A stretch of DNA of 59,017 nucleotides, filler included, from Sphacelaria rigidula (taxonomy: Eukaryota), in NCBI GenBank assembly GCA_964200075.2. It is 6 parts of 6 records of this genome, joined end to end, with 100 filler letters (N's around TTAATTAATTAA, not from the genome) between each part and the next. Parts side by side here need not be neighbours in the genome. Positions count along the whole stretch, not along the records: positions 39,414 to 49,165 come from CAXNAA020007839.1; positions 49,266 to 59,017 come from CAXNAA020007840.1; 4 more parts are not named here. One strand, given 5' to 3'. The notes below the pieces were generated by a model. It was not told the DNA's origin. It was given only the letters and a program-made list of their open reading frames with translations, and made no database searches. Made by a program: the position numbers and the translations under genes. Below, piece after piece: positions 40,416-52,400 of the stretch (position 1 is its first letter; the number at the start of each line of letters is the position of its first letter).

Positions 40416-40815
40416 CCCTAGGCAAGTGCCTGGTGAACATGAAGTTGAAACACAAATAATTAAATTTTCATAGTGAGACGAACCATTGGACATCGCAATG
40501 CTAAATTGGAGTACGACCTTTCTTATACGTGGTGAACGCAAGGAGTTCTGCGCTTTCGTCCCAGCCCGGCGCAGCGCCCGGCCGTGTATGCTGACGTCAT
40601 AGAGGACTGCTCAGTAGTTTTGGCTACTGTAGGTGGTTGCGCCAGATAGAAGTTGCCGGGGGGAGGGCAGCAAATAGTGGTGCATTTCGGCGTTGTACGC
40701 CCAAGTCACCTGTGCTTCAACTCCATATCTCTCCGCAGCGTCGCCCTTAGGCAACGGCGGACACAATACTGCAGTGCTGTACAACTGTACGGGGCGGTAC
40801 TGTACTGTAGCAGAC

Positions 40816-41080
40816 ATGGTTCGGCTGGTGGATGGTGCGATAGTGGAAGATGATGATCCGTCGTGGCAATGGAGGAGTTGGACGATCAATCTGTTTGGGT
40901 TTCGAGTGCCCATTCTTCCGTGGGGTGTTTTGATCGCCGCATTTTTCTTCTTGAGATTCGGTCCATATGGGCTCGGTCTCTTCGCCGTCGTTGCAGGTGG
41001 GTTTGCAATGTCACCGTGGAAAATAGTCCAAAACGAAAACGGATTATTGAGTACATACGATTAATACGCTTCATGTGAAG

Positions 41081-41154
<74 letters not shown>

Positions 41155-44100
41155 ACGATTACCATTTTCATTCACACGATTGTTTGAATTGATACGTAGT
41201 ACAAAAGTTGGTCGATGCTGCGTGATGCTGCATAACGTCTCCAGTATACAATATCCACAACTGCGACGGTCGGTTGGAAGAGGAGTTATAAATAGTTACC
41301 CTGGCCAGGACCCGGACTAGCTGCCAGTTGCACTCGAAACGTGCTCCAGGTAACCGTAAAGGTTGTCATGTTGCGTTGACTGTACTCGCAGCGCGACTCA
41401 TACTGTGCAACCCGCAGAACTTGTTGTCGAACAGATACCAGATACCCTCGTTTTCCAATACACCACCTGCGATATCAAACAGATACCAGAAGTTTCAGCA
41501 TCATCCGAGACCTGGTGCGGGGTGCCTTGAGGCATGACCTTCAGATGTATCGCCTCCATACTTTGGAAATGGAAAAACACTGAGTAATTCATGCACAGTT
41601 ATGGGCGCGCCTGACCCCCCAAAATGGGCAAAAAAAGTGTCACCGACCAATATCACGAACAGACACGAACAGACCGACTTCTGGGGCTTTTCCAGGCTCG
41701 TGGAGTAAAATGCGCCTCACGTCATCGGAAGAGAACGGCATGGATCCAAAATTCATACCGAAAAAAACTGGACTGCCGTCTAAACCAAAACCCTACCGTT
41801 TGGTCGGTGACACTTTTTGGGCTCATCTTGGGGGGTCAGGCGCGCCTATAACAGTGCCATGGGATATTGCACGGGGTACAGTGCGGTAACCCAACCGCAG
41901 CAGGGGCTGAGGCAAGTAGGTTGTTGACCATTCTGGAACCATGTAGTTATTGTCGATACTGAAACCAAGTAACTGCACTGTAACTAAAACCAAGTAGACA
42001 TTGACTGTTGTACTCTAAATCCAAGTAGTTATTAACACTGAAACCAAGTTATTATGATCAGGCTGAACTCTAGTATATTTTGTACCTTACTCATCCCAAG
42101 AAATTTAGTCACTCACACTAAGGTCAAGTAATTCCATCGGTACGTAGACGATACCATACGAGTACATTATCCAAAAAGAATGTAAGTTGGTAAATTTCGA
42201 CGTTAATCCTTTTGGGACCGGACCCCCACTAACACAAAGTCAACCCTGTGTTGGTGGGATAATAAAAAGAAGTCTCCGAGCGACCTGCCCAATCACGGCG
42301 AGCCGAGATTTATCGACCAGATCCGAACGACCAGCGCGGGGATTATTGTCGAGTGTGATGCCACTGCAAAGATCGTGTGGGGGCCCTATCCCTGGCCCAG
42401 ATAAGCCTCCCCAGGTTTTCAACAAGTGCAGGGCGGTCGCAGCTTGTTTTTATGGTATTACTTGCACTTAGTATAGCGTTCCCGCGTTTTTCCGGAGTGT
42501 TTTTTGGGTCCCAATTCTACACTGAAACGTAGTAATTCATACTAACACAGGGTGGACCGGAAAAAACCGGGAAGGATTGTACATGCTACAATGTGGTCAT
42601 TTTCACGAGGCACTAAACCCAGGTGGGCCGTGGAAGGACAAAATGAGCTACCGTCATGGATTCTGCTTATCCCTATGCCGATGACTTGCAGTGTTCAGTT
42701 CACATGTACGGAGTATGTAGTAGGCGGAGATGAAGAAGCGATATGTAGGCAGTTGATCACGGTGGCTGAGAATTGCCCAGAACGTGCAAGGGAGTATGCA
42801 ACGGCAGCTGCTGCTGCAGTCGGGGAGGCGTACTGCACTGTACTTGTACTATACTATACTGTTGTATGCATGCGCGCCGCAACACTGATATACCCTTCGA
42901 AGAGAATTTACCGCATGCAACAAGGAGGGAAATGGCGGTCCACCCCGACTACAAAGGGCTGTGTGGCAAGGTGAAAGGTACAACAATACCATCCAAAGCC
43001 ATAAGTTGCGGGCGGCCCGCCGGTCGCCGTATCCTGTTGGAAGCTCTCTACCGCGATCCATACTGCTTGCTACATCAGATGTACACTACCTAATGCGCAC
43101 CCTCCACCTGAAAATAGATTGAATGAAACTTTCGGTCTTCGTCATAACCCTGCGGTGACATACGCGGATTTTCAGCAACATGCCACTGTTTCGCGCAGAC
43201 ACCAGACACGTCATTCCTAACCAGCCTCATCGGTCGTTCTGGAGGCCCGATCCCAAAAGGGTTAAAGCACAGTGCTGTCGAGGCCCATGGCCGTCTTCGG
43301 CCTTAGCTGGCGCCAGCGGTGCTCGATTTCGTGTCCTGCCCTTATTTTCCTCATTCTCGACAGCCTCCGAGGGGGTGTGTGCGTACTCATTTGTTTGCCT
43401 TATTCGTTTCCCCATTGACCACGCATCCCTTTCGAGACAGAGGGGGGGGAGGGCTTTGGCTCCCAGTGACGGCATATTGTGGATGGATTACTTCACGCTA
43501 GTCTGCGGCATGTCGTCAGACATGTCATACAACTGAAGGAAGAATACACTCGCAGTGGAAGCTGTTGGTACAGAACGGTGCTTGTCTGCAAGAGTTGAAA
43601 AATCACTCACTCGTGCCCACGGCACATTGCAAACGCCTCCAAACTTGTATACACACCCCATAGAATAGTGTGTCAGTACATTTCACCTTGTCCAAGAGCT
43701 CCTTCATCGAATACCACTCTGCGGCTCGCGTCTCGTCGACAACTATGGCTGTTTGCCGATATCACTTTGCCGCACGACAGGTGTCTGATTCTTCGTGCAT
43801 ACCTCGAGCACAGTTCTAGTAGGTGGTACATTGGCCGAGGGGCGTTGCGCTGCAAGAGGCAGTAGTCGCGAGGCAGCACGTGGAGGTACAGCCGCCATGA
43901 TATGCACGCGCAATATATCAACGTTTTCTAGCATAGCTGTGGCTCCTCGAGATATCTCCCTGTGCAAAAACTACTCCAGCGTCATATATAGTGCTGGTGC
44001 GCAGCCTCCACCATGGAGGAGCATAGATATACTGCCCATTGTTGGTTTGCTGGGTCCTTGACATTTTCTCACTTATAACTGCACGTGTGCGATGGACCGG

Positions 44101-44857
44101 ACCGAAACCGCCGGGTAAATTTGATTTTTGCTAATATTGAAACCTCCAGGTGCCAGTCGTTTCATGTGTGACGGCAACAGGGGTGATTCTCGGAGCCGCA
44201 TCAGTCGCGGTGGCGGCGGAAGCCGACGTTCAGGTACGGAGTCGTGGCACTGTGTGTATGCCAGACCCTCAACGTGGTCGCCTCATGACGCTTGCCCTGC
44301 TGAATTTGATAGTGGAGCACGGGATAGGTGTTTGAGTTGTTCAAACGATCTTTGTGTCCTGCGGGGCGTGGTGGTTGTGGCGGTGGTCGTACGGTGTACA
44401 ATATATATATATATTGTTGTTTTCGCGTGCGTTTGTGGGTAATACATGGTACAGTCATCATGATTGAAATTCAGTGTTGATGAACCTGCCAAAGCACTTC
44501 GCCATTTGCGCCGTAGTTCCAGCTCCAGCGGATTGTTGCACATCAGTAATTTCCAACAATGACCTCCGGAAACCGACCAATATTTTGCCATCGTCACTTG
44601 TCTTGTGCCTTTGTCATGTACTTCAAGAATCGTGGTCGCCTATTAGGAACAGCACGAGAGCCCTCAGGTGTAGCTTTTCCATAACAAAGCGCCGTGTCTG
44701 CGCGCTCCCTTGTCGCCGCCGCCTTCGACGCATGTACGCCTTGTGGTGCATTCTCTACTCGTCGTCCTTCCATGCGTTCGCAGGCTCTAACGTACGGGGC
44801 ATGGACGACCTGCCAAAGTCACCACCGCCTAGCTGACGCGGGCCGGGCGCGTGCTAG
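40816..44857 (+). CDS. Predicted small membrane selenoprotein (SelK/SelS-like architecture, FAM241/DUF4605-like N-terminus); exons 40816-40996, 44150-44233, 44784-44857; 112 aa, Sec106 encoded by TGA 44834-44836
   Basis: The exons join through GT-AG introns in matching phase (1,1). Product: MVRLVDGAIVEDDDPSWQWRSWTINLFGFRVPILPWGVLIAAFFFLRFGPYGLGLFAVVAG-ASRFMCDGNRGDSRSRISRGGGGSRRSG-SNVRGMDDLPKSPPPS-U-RGPGAC-TAG. It has a hydrophobic segment, a Gly/Arg/Pro-rich tail, a near-terminal TGA and a downstream SECIS. Confidence 0.8.
41080..41153 (+). repeat. (ACA)n microsatellite in selenoprotein intron 1
   Basis: Direct read of the sequence. Confidence 0.95.
41598..41852. mobile_element. MITE (about 255 bp, about 50-bp TIRs) in intron 1 of the selenoprotein gene
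   Basis: Left end GTTATGGGCGCGCCTGACCCCCCAAAATGGGCAAAAAAAGTGTCACCGACCA; right end TGGTCGGTGACACTTTTTGGGCTCATCTTGGGGGGTCAGGCGCGCCTATAAC. Confidence 0.8.
42580..43085 (+). repeat. Dispersed repeat of about 500 bp; inverted copy at about 49320-49775
   Basis: The shared text translates as YVVGGDEEA...QLI..AENC.ERA.EYA.AAAA.VGEAYCT in both copies (ORFs 42552+ and 49301-). Confidence 0.8.
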
Positions 44858-45689
44858 GTTGTTAGCGCACGCTCGATGATGAATATTGTGCACCTCCCCC
44901 CCCCGCATACATCCCACACCTTCCATAAGTGACGGAGCATCGTATCCCGAGTGCTACGTTTTTCAATCTCGAAGCCGTCGAGAGCACAAGCCTGCTCTTC
45001 CCGAGATGTCCCTGTCTGTCAAAGATGTGGACAAAGTATGGGTTTAATCGTTTCATCACTAGGGGTAATGGTCTCCACAAATAGTGGCTTCGCCGAATTC
45101 GGGTTTTGGACTACGCGTCTAAGCGAGACATTGCGAGCGATGGAGCAAAACACCTCCTCTTTGTAACGCACATTTTTTTATTGCTGCGGCGTCTGCGAGA
45201 CTCGCGGCAACGTCGCCGAAAGTTACGTCGTTGAAATATTTTGTCGAAATATTTCGATGAAGTGGATCTCTTGGTCAAGTTTCTTCTTGTTCATCTCGAA
45301 TAGTAAGAAGATTGACAAGTTATCCCCTCGTTGAGGTTCCATACTCCAATGCCTGCGGTATAGTACGCATGATTTTGCCGTTGTGGGTACTTGCCACCAT
45401 TTGCCATCGAGTCCAAGGGGTCTAAGAAGTTAGACTGGTGTGGCGATGAAAATATTGTGTATTAGTACATATTAGTGCAAGAGAGGAGAGGGTAGGCGAA
45501 ACAGTGGGCGTTCGGGGAAGGGGGGGTAGGAGGGAGCCCGTCAGGGTCCATTTTCCACAATGCTTACCTTGCCGTGCTACAGATGATCAAATGATGCTGA
45601 CGCTGTAGCCGGTCGTGTGAGAATGTTCAGTAGTGGTAATGGTCTTTTTGCCATAGTGCTGATGGCTTCTATGAACGGAAGAGAGGAAA

Positions 45690-45765
45690 GGGTTTCGGTA
45701 ATGACGTTTGGTGGCAAAAATGCCCTCCGGGGTGCGCCAGCAGGCTGACACGCGATTCTCGTTCC
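45690..45765 (+). promoter_or_regulatory. Eukaryotic SECIS element, type 2 (3' UTR of the selenoprotein gene)
   Basis: Sequence: ATGAC (45701-45705), GTTTGGTGGC, AAAAA (45716-45720), mini-stem TGCCC-TCCG-GGGTG, C, GCCAGCAGGC, TGAC (45746-45749). Helix II pairs 9 of 10 positions, two of them G-U. The UGAC/UGAC non-Watson-Crick quartet is present and 11 nt separate ATGA from the apical As. Confidence 0.85.
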
Positions 45766-48700
45766 TTTTGCTCTTTTGATTTTTCTTGTTATGTTGGTGA
45801 GTATGTGTTGGTTGCCGTGTTGGTGCTGTGGCCCCGTTCTTGTGGTTTCGTTGTTACGCATTCCGCGGACTTTGAGCGTTTGCATGATTGCGCACTGAGT
45901 ATTATTGAACCTTGCGTCCGCTTTTGCTTGGCTTTCGCCGTGTATATTGTCCATGTATGTGTTTGCGTAAGCTATCCTTTTGGCGCTGGCGCCGTCAACA
46001 TGTTGTGCGCTGCGCCCATTCATGGAAACCTGAGTATGATAGATCATGTTTGAGTGAAGATGACCGCCGATTCCACAGATGAGAAGCACGGGCGGTCGAA
46101 GAGTTGATGCACATACTCATTAGTGTTTTGCACGTTTTACGCGGGTTCGCTAGGCTGATTCGCGTCAAGTAGAAATCGGCGATCATGAGATTCTTCACGA
46201 TGCGTACTACCTCGAAAGATGTTCAGAATTGTTTTTCATGGCAAGTCTGCGGAACATCCCGAAACCGGTAGTGGAATAAAACTCGGATTCGAGTAGAAAC
46301 ATACAGCGCAGACAGTTCAGAGACATGCGTGTTGCGTACATTAATGAAGATTCGTCGGCCCTACTTCAGTGGGTTAGCTTCCATTTTTCCCGTGGTTTCA
46401 CCGGATTCGGTTGCGAGCTGGTGCAAGTAGTCACGTCTTATCTTCGGTTTGAAGCTCTGCGAACCAGATCTGTCCAATGGCATGCTGTAACACGTGAAAC
46501 ATTTCTCCAGTGGAGCGCTCATCACCGTTTAGATAGAGGGAAAATATGTTTTATCGTATACTTGACAGTTACGTTGCCACATCTTGGCGTGTTGACAGAT
46601 GTTGGCTTTTAAGTTGTACCTGGTTTCCTCCAGACCGTGTGGGATTGGTGGAGGAATTGAAGATGTAGTCTTTGATACCAAGAGTCCAGTTTTCGTATGC
46701 TTGAGCGCCAAGTTGCATGCATTCCTTACGAAACCTGAGAAAATCGCTGAAGTTTGGCAGCCTGCGACGGCACGCTCTTTCTGTCCCGCAAACCGCACTC
46801 CCGAAATGTTTCACGGCTCGGATAACTAAAATAGTGATTCGGCTCATGTTCAACATTTGGACGAGCCAACCATACGATTCGTATCCAAGTTGTTACTTGT
46901 ACATGTTTGGGGTTCGTGAGTCGTACGGCAATTCTATGATTCGTGCGATGCACCGTCGAAGGTACACATTTCCTACCTTCCATTCGTATGGCGTGATTCA
47001 TAAGTACATGTTCCCCGATTTCCATTGATTCAGCGCAGCATGAATCATAGGCACACGCTCCCCACTGACCTTTTTTCGTACGAGGTGAATCAAGTGTACG
47101 TGGCTACGAATTTCCGTTCATGCAGCATGAATCAAATGTACAAGTTTCCCATTTTCCACTCAAACGAGGTGAATCAAACATGAATGTTTTCCCAAATTCC
47201 AATCATGCAGCATGGATCGTACGTACATGTTCCGTAATTTCCGTTCATACGAGATGGATGAAGCTTACATGTTTCCCCTTTTCTTCCACGCAGCGCACAC
47301 CATACGTACATGTCCAGACTCGTGTACTATCTAGACGACTGCGGAGCTACCGATCGAGGGTATGTCGAGTGACGGGGACCCATTTGTGAAGAAAATGTGT
47401 ACGCCAAGCGACACATATGGCAAGATCTTTCGTCGTGAGTACTACCGCGATATTTTCATGGTACATCGCGCTTGAAAGCCTCGGCGTTTTGGTGCGTTGC
47501 AGTTAGGGCCGTTATTATCGACAAAGTTTTTTGGGAGATCGTCCTAATTTTAGGCGTTTTCGCACTTTTTTTACCACCTTCTCCCAAAATAAAGCGGCGA
47601 GATTTTTTTGCCAAGCCTTCACGTTTGGCGAAAGTCCGATTTTTCGCACCCCAGCACATTACTCTGCAGAGCTGCCCTTGGCGCACGCCGTGGCGTTCGC
47701 AAGCATGCGATAGTCATCCCGAACCTTGCTAGTGACACCCTGGGCTATGTCGTAAAGTAAAAAGCACCGCGGGATAGCGGTATCTATCTCCTTAGACGGT
47801 GTGTGCCCCGGCAGCGGTGTTGGAGCTTTTGGAGTCAAGCACCGTCGTTTGCAGACATGAGCACTTTCGAAGTGAAGAGCAGGAACAATCCAGTAGCTAT
47901 CTACTTGCCTGCTGTGCTGCTACGTGTGTACGCTACCGCACCGTCTGAAAAGTGTACAGCTGGTGGGTTAATTGGGTGTATCTGCGCATACTGTACAACT
48001 CACAGAAGGAAAGCATGCTGCAATCTATCTGCGGGGCTTTCTACAGTCGGTATTTTCACTCATGTGTGCTGCTCCAGCATCCCGAGAGAGCCGGTCGATC
48101 ACGCCCTAGCCTGTCCGACTGCCCCCCCGTGTCACAGAGAGGTTTTGAGAAGGATGTTTACCACAGTGTTCGCTTTGGGTCCGTTCAAGCGTTCGAAGAT
48201 AGCGTCGAACAGCACAAAGAATCTTTGCTGGCATTGGCATCTGCAAATTAATACAGTACCATCACAAATCGACAACTTAACGTTCTTATTTGAAACCAAC
48301 GGGCATCAAAGTGTTTGTAGTTACGAAGACGGGCATTTTCATTGACGAGAAACTCTGTGTTCCCCCGTAGCCGTTACATGCGGTCTCAAAAAGTATGCTG
48401 TCCTTCTTTCAAACCTGGCGGACGGACGGGGAAGCCGCAATCCCTCGGGTAAGGAGAGTCATTTCAACCATGTCGACGTACTTTGAAAAAACGAGCTCTT
48501 TCCTTTCCAAAGGTATTCCGAATTTGGATTCATAATAACATGTGATATTATAACCGAGTGTGACCTCTATAGGCAGACATCTGTAGACGGGAAGCAGCCA
48601 GTAGAGTAGGTAGACGAAAGCTCCAGATCGCAGCTGACGCACCCCTCTGCACGATGCTAGCAACAGTTAGGTCATCATCATAGGTATCTTTTTCCACTCT

Positions 48701-50179
48701 GCATGTCAAGAAGGTCTTCACAAGTGTTTGATCTGCCGTGCACTCCCCCCCAACTCGCGTGTGGTCAAGCGCCCGGGTGGGGTGGCGGACAACCAACGAT
48801 GAATAACACCCCCTAAGCTCATATTGGATATATCTGGTTTTGCCGCAGCACCGTCCTTGCGGGCATGTGTGTGACAGAGAACAGTAGTAGCGGTGACGGA
48901 AATATTGCCCTCTTTTTCAAGGATATGTTCTTCAGCGCACAGAGGCGCGTGCTGTCCAAAAAGAGAGCCAGAGAGAAATTGATCTTCGCATCGATGATGA
49001 GGTGCTCACGCAAGACGAAGAAACGAGATCTCTTCGCAGGTCGGTCTTTAGGCACAACATGGAAAGTTCGGTTCATGCTGGTAACATGCATGATGCCAGT
49101 CTCTCGAGCGATTGGTAATCGCCGAGCGAGGACACACAAAGGACACGGGCGAGGAGCTTCCTCTCNNNNNNNNNNNNNNNNNNNNNNNNNNNNNNNNNNN
49201 NNNNNNNNNTTAATTAATTAANNNNNNNNNNNNNNNNNNNNNNNNNNNNNNNNNNNNNNNNNNNNGAGGCACTAGATGCCCTTAATCTGGACATTGCGTC
49301 TCATTTTTTTAGGGCTGTTACAAGCAGTATGGGTCGCCGTAGGAAGCTTTCGACAGGATGTGGTGGCCGGCGGGCCGCCCGCCACTTGTGGCTTTGGATT
49401 ATTTTGTTGTCCCCATCACGTTGCCACACAACCCTTTGTGGTCGGGGTGAACCGCGATTTCCCTCTTCGTCGCAAGCGGCAAAGTCTCTTCGAAGGGTAT
49501 GAGCATTGCGGCGACATACATAAGAGTACAGTCCAGTGCAGTACGCCTCTCCGACTGCATCAGCAGCAGCTGCGGCTGCATACTCTTTTGCACGTTCTGA
49601 GCAGTTCTCAGCTGCCGAGATCAACTGCTTATTTACCGCTTCTTCATCCCCGCCCACTACGTACATGTTCACAATGCTCTGCAAGGCATCGGCGGAGGGA
49701 TAGGCGGAATTCATGGCGATAGCTCTTTTTGTCCTTCCACTGCCCACCTGACTCTAGTGCCTCGTGAAGATGATCACATGGGAGCATGTACACTCCTTGT
49801 CGGTTTTCCCCCTCCACCCTGTGTTAGTAATACGAGAAGCCTTTCTCTGAGCATCCGGGATTCTCTTTCAGTACCTGGGAAGACTTGTCTGGGCCAGGGA
49901 TGGAGCCCCCACACGATATTGGCAGTGACATCATCAAACTCGCTATCCTGAAAGCAGCACAGACAGTACTCCCGGCATAGAAACGGATACCAAGTATGCC
50001 GGAATGGTGTAAAAGTCCCGAAACGAGAGCAGCAGTACAGCAGAGGCAGCACTTGCCCACGGACGGCAGGCATGACACCTGGTTAAAGACAATCGCACCC
50101 CAGCAACGTGAAAAGCATTCAGAGCCGCGTGTTAAGGAGTACGCACTGCGACAGACGGCGGTGCCCATGCACACCTGGA

Positions 50180-52400
50180 GAGGTATGTGGCGAGGCTAAA
50201 AGCGATCTACAGGGACGGCGACAGGCGAGGCCTGTACAAGCACCTCAAGAGATCGGTGGGTCTTGACGGAGGGCAGTCAGAGGGGCAGCACTTCATCAGA
50301 GACGAGAACGGGGCTCTCCTGAGGATCAACATCGAGATCCTGAAGCCATGGGCAAGGTTTTTACGAACCTTGCTCAATACCAAATCGACAATGCTGAAGC
50401 CAGCCATCATCGAGGAGGGTGAAACAGCGACCGACAGTATTACCCACCGGAGATTCGGTACAGCTTGGGTCAGCACCAACGCTGAAGGAGACCATACGAG
50501 CAGTCCGGGGGATGCAAAAGTGGAAACCGCCGTGACATGACTCACTCCCTGTAGAACAGCTCAAGATCAACGGTCGAGCCGAGCCCGTCGTTATCGAACA
50601 CTTCCATGCCATCCTCGTCAAGGTTTGGAACGGAGGTGAGGTCCCGTAGGAACGGAAACACGCTACGACGAAAGTGCTCTACAATAATTCGGATCGCTCC
50701 AACTGTAACAACTACCGTGAAATCTCAGTAGTGTCACGCAGGAAAACTGCTCTTGGAAGATAGTGGCCAACCGCCTACGCGACTACTGCGAAGCACGCGG
50801 GATACTGCCGGAGGAACAGTGCGGTTTCCGACCTGATCGATCCACCGTCGACACGTTGTTCGTCGTGCGCCGACTCCAGGAACTGGGACGACGACGGAGA
50901 ATACCGATATACAGTAGATGTGCTTCGTCGACCTTCAATGGACTATGATTCGGTCGACCGAGAGCTTCCATGGCAGGTGCTTGCCCGAGCTGGGATTCCG
51001 GATGTGAGATGATAGCAGCTATCCGCCAATTCCCCAATGACATGCAGGCCCACGTACGCATGGACGATAGGGAGCTCTCGGAGTGGTTCGAGATCTCCTA
51101 AAGACTACGGCAAGGGTGTGTGCTATCTCAGTTGCTGTTCAATATATTTTATGCTGCAGCGCTCGAGATAGGTCTCGTGCGATTCAACGAGGACGACATC
51201 ATCCTCATGGTCATGGTATACCTCGACGAGGAGGGGCGACGGAGACACCTCTGGAACGCGTACGGAGAGCGGTTCGGGCAATGCTACATGCCGATGACGC
51301 GGCCATCGTGTCGAGGTCCGCTGACGGCCTGGCGAGGATGATGACCGTTGTAGTACGCGTGTTTGGGGCCTTCGGACTGACGGTGTCGGAGAAGAAGGCA
51401 GAGACTACTGATGCGAGCACCGGAAAAAAACGCCGCGAAAGGGGGAGCCACCAACACCGCCCCCCCCACCACGAATCATCGAAGCAACGGGCCAGAAGTA
51501 CGCACAAATCACCGTAGATGGCGAGCTCACACAAGAGACCGACAACCGGAGCAGAGCCGCGTGGGCGTGCATCAGAATTTTTTACCGAGACATCTTTGAC
51601 CGACCGACCGAAAGCTCCGTGGGAACTCAAGGTCCGACTGCTGAAGGTAGAGGCGATAGAGGCCCTATTTAGTGGATGCATGTCGTGGGCCTCGCGCAGC
51701 GAGCACTACCGGGTGCTGAGGGGGTACACTATCGGCTCCTTCTGCGGGTTATCGGGTACCGCCGAGTGCGTGGCACATACCAACAGTTGCGTACGCCTAG
51801 GCCCTCAAGAAGACCGGATGCCAAAGTGCTGAAGCCTTCGTTCGGCAACGGCGACTGCTGTTCGCGGCAATCCTGACTACACAACCGGACGGATAACTCC
51901 CGAAGCGACTGGCATTTGGAACACTCGTGGGGGGGGGGAAGGATCCAGGACCAGGGAGCTCGGAACAAAACCCGCTGAAGTGCCTGCGGGACGATTTTCA
52001 AGCTTTCCAAGCCACGAACGGCTCTACGGACGACAACCGACAGACGTCCGGAGTTAAAAGTGCCCTCTGGCCTTCACCAGCGAAGAGGGAAGGGGGGATA
52101 TAATCACACGCGGGGGTGCTACAGGGAGCGGAGAGGTTCATATGACCTCTTGGCACATGATCAAGGAAGAGGCCAGCCGACTGAATTTTTATTGATTGAT
52201 TGTCGCACTCGACCTGACCCCCCAGGGGTCCAGCTGTGGTTTCATGATGGACGTACACAAGAGAAACGAAACTGAAACACGCTCTGAGAAACAGCAGGAA
52301 CAGAAAAAAAGAATGAAAAGGAACAGAACGACATAGCAGACTAAGTCGTAACAAAAGAAGGTGATGGAAAAAGTCGACACAACCAAAGCTGACTAAGTGC
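50180..52400 (+). mobile_element. Decayed non-LTR retrotransposon (LINE) reverse transcriptase, with frameshifts and stops
   Basis: RT motifs occur across frames: NYREISVVS, LPEEQCGFRPDRSTVDTLFVVRRLQE, CFVDL..YDSVDRE, LRQGCVLSQLLFNIF, AMLHADD (a YADD variant), FGLTVSEKK. Confidence 0.92.

Noticed and set aside
44474-44836. ORF-track protein of 120 aa ending ...DDLPKSPPPS at TGA
   Set aside because: Only 44784 onward is exonic (acceptor TTCGCAG). The upstream part is intron, and the TGA is better read as Sec because of the SECIS.
46620-46825. Possible minus-strand exon (VIRAVKHFGSAVCG...GGNQ) bounded by AG/GT
   Set aside because: No recognisable homology or partner exons were found, so it cannot be supported.
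29561-49165. Apparent cluster of SDHB, the DLST-like gene, the plastid gene and the selenoprotein
   Set aside because: The two gene pairs are on different contigs separated by an artificial linker (39314-39413).
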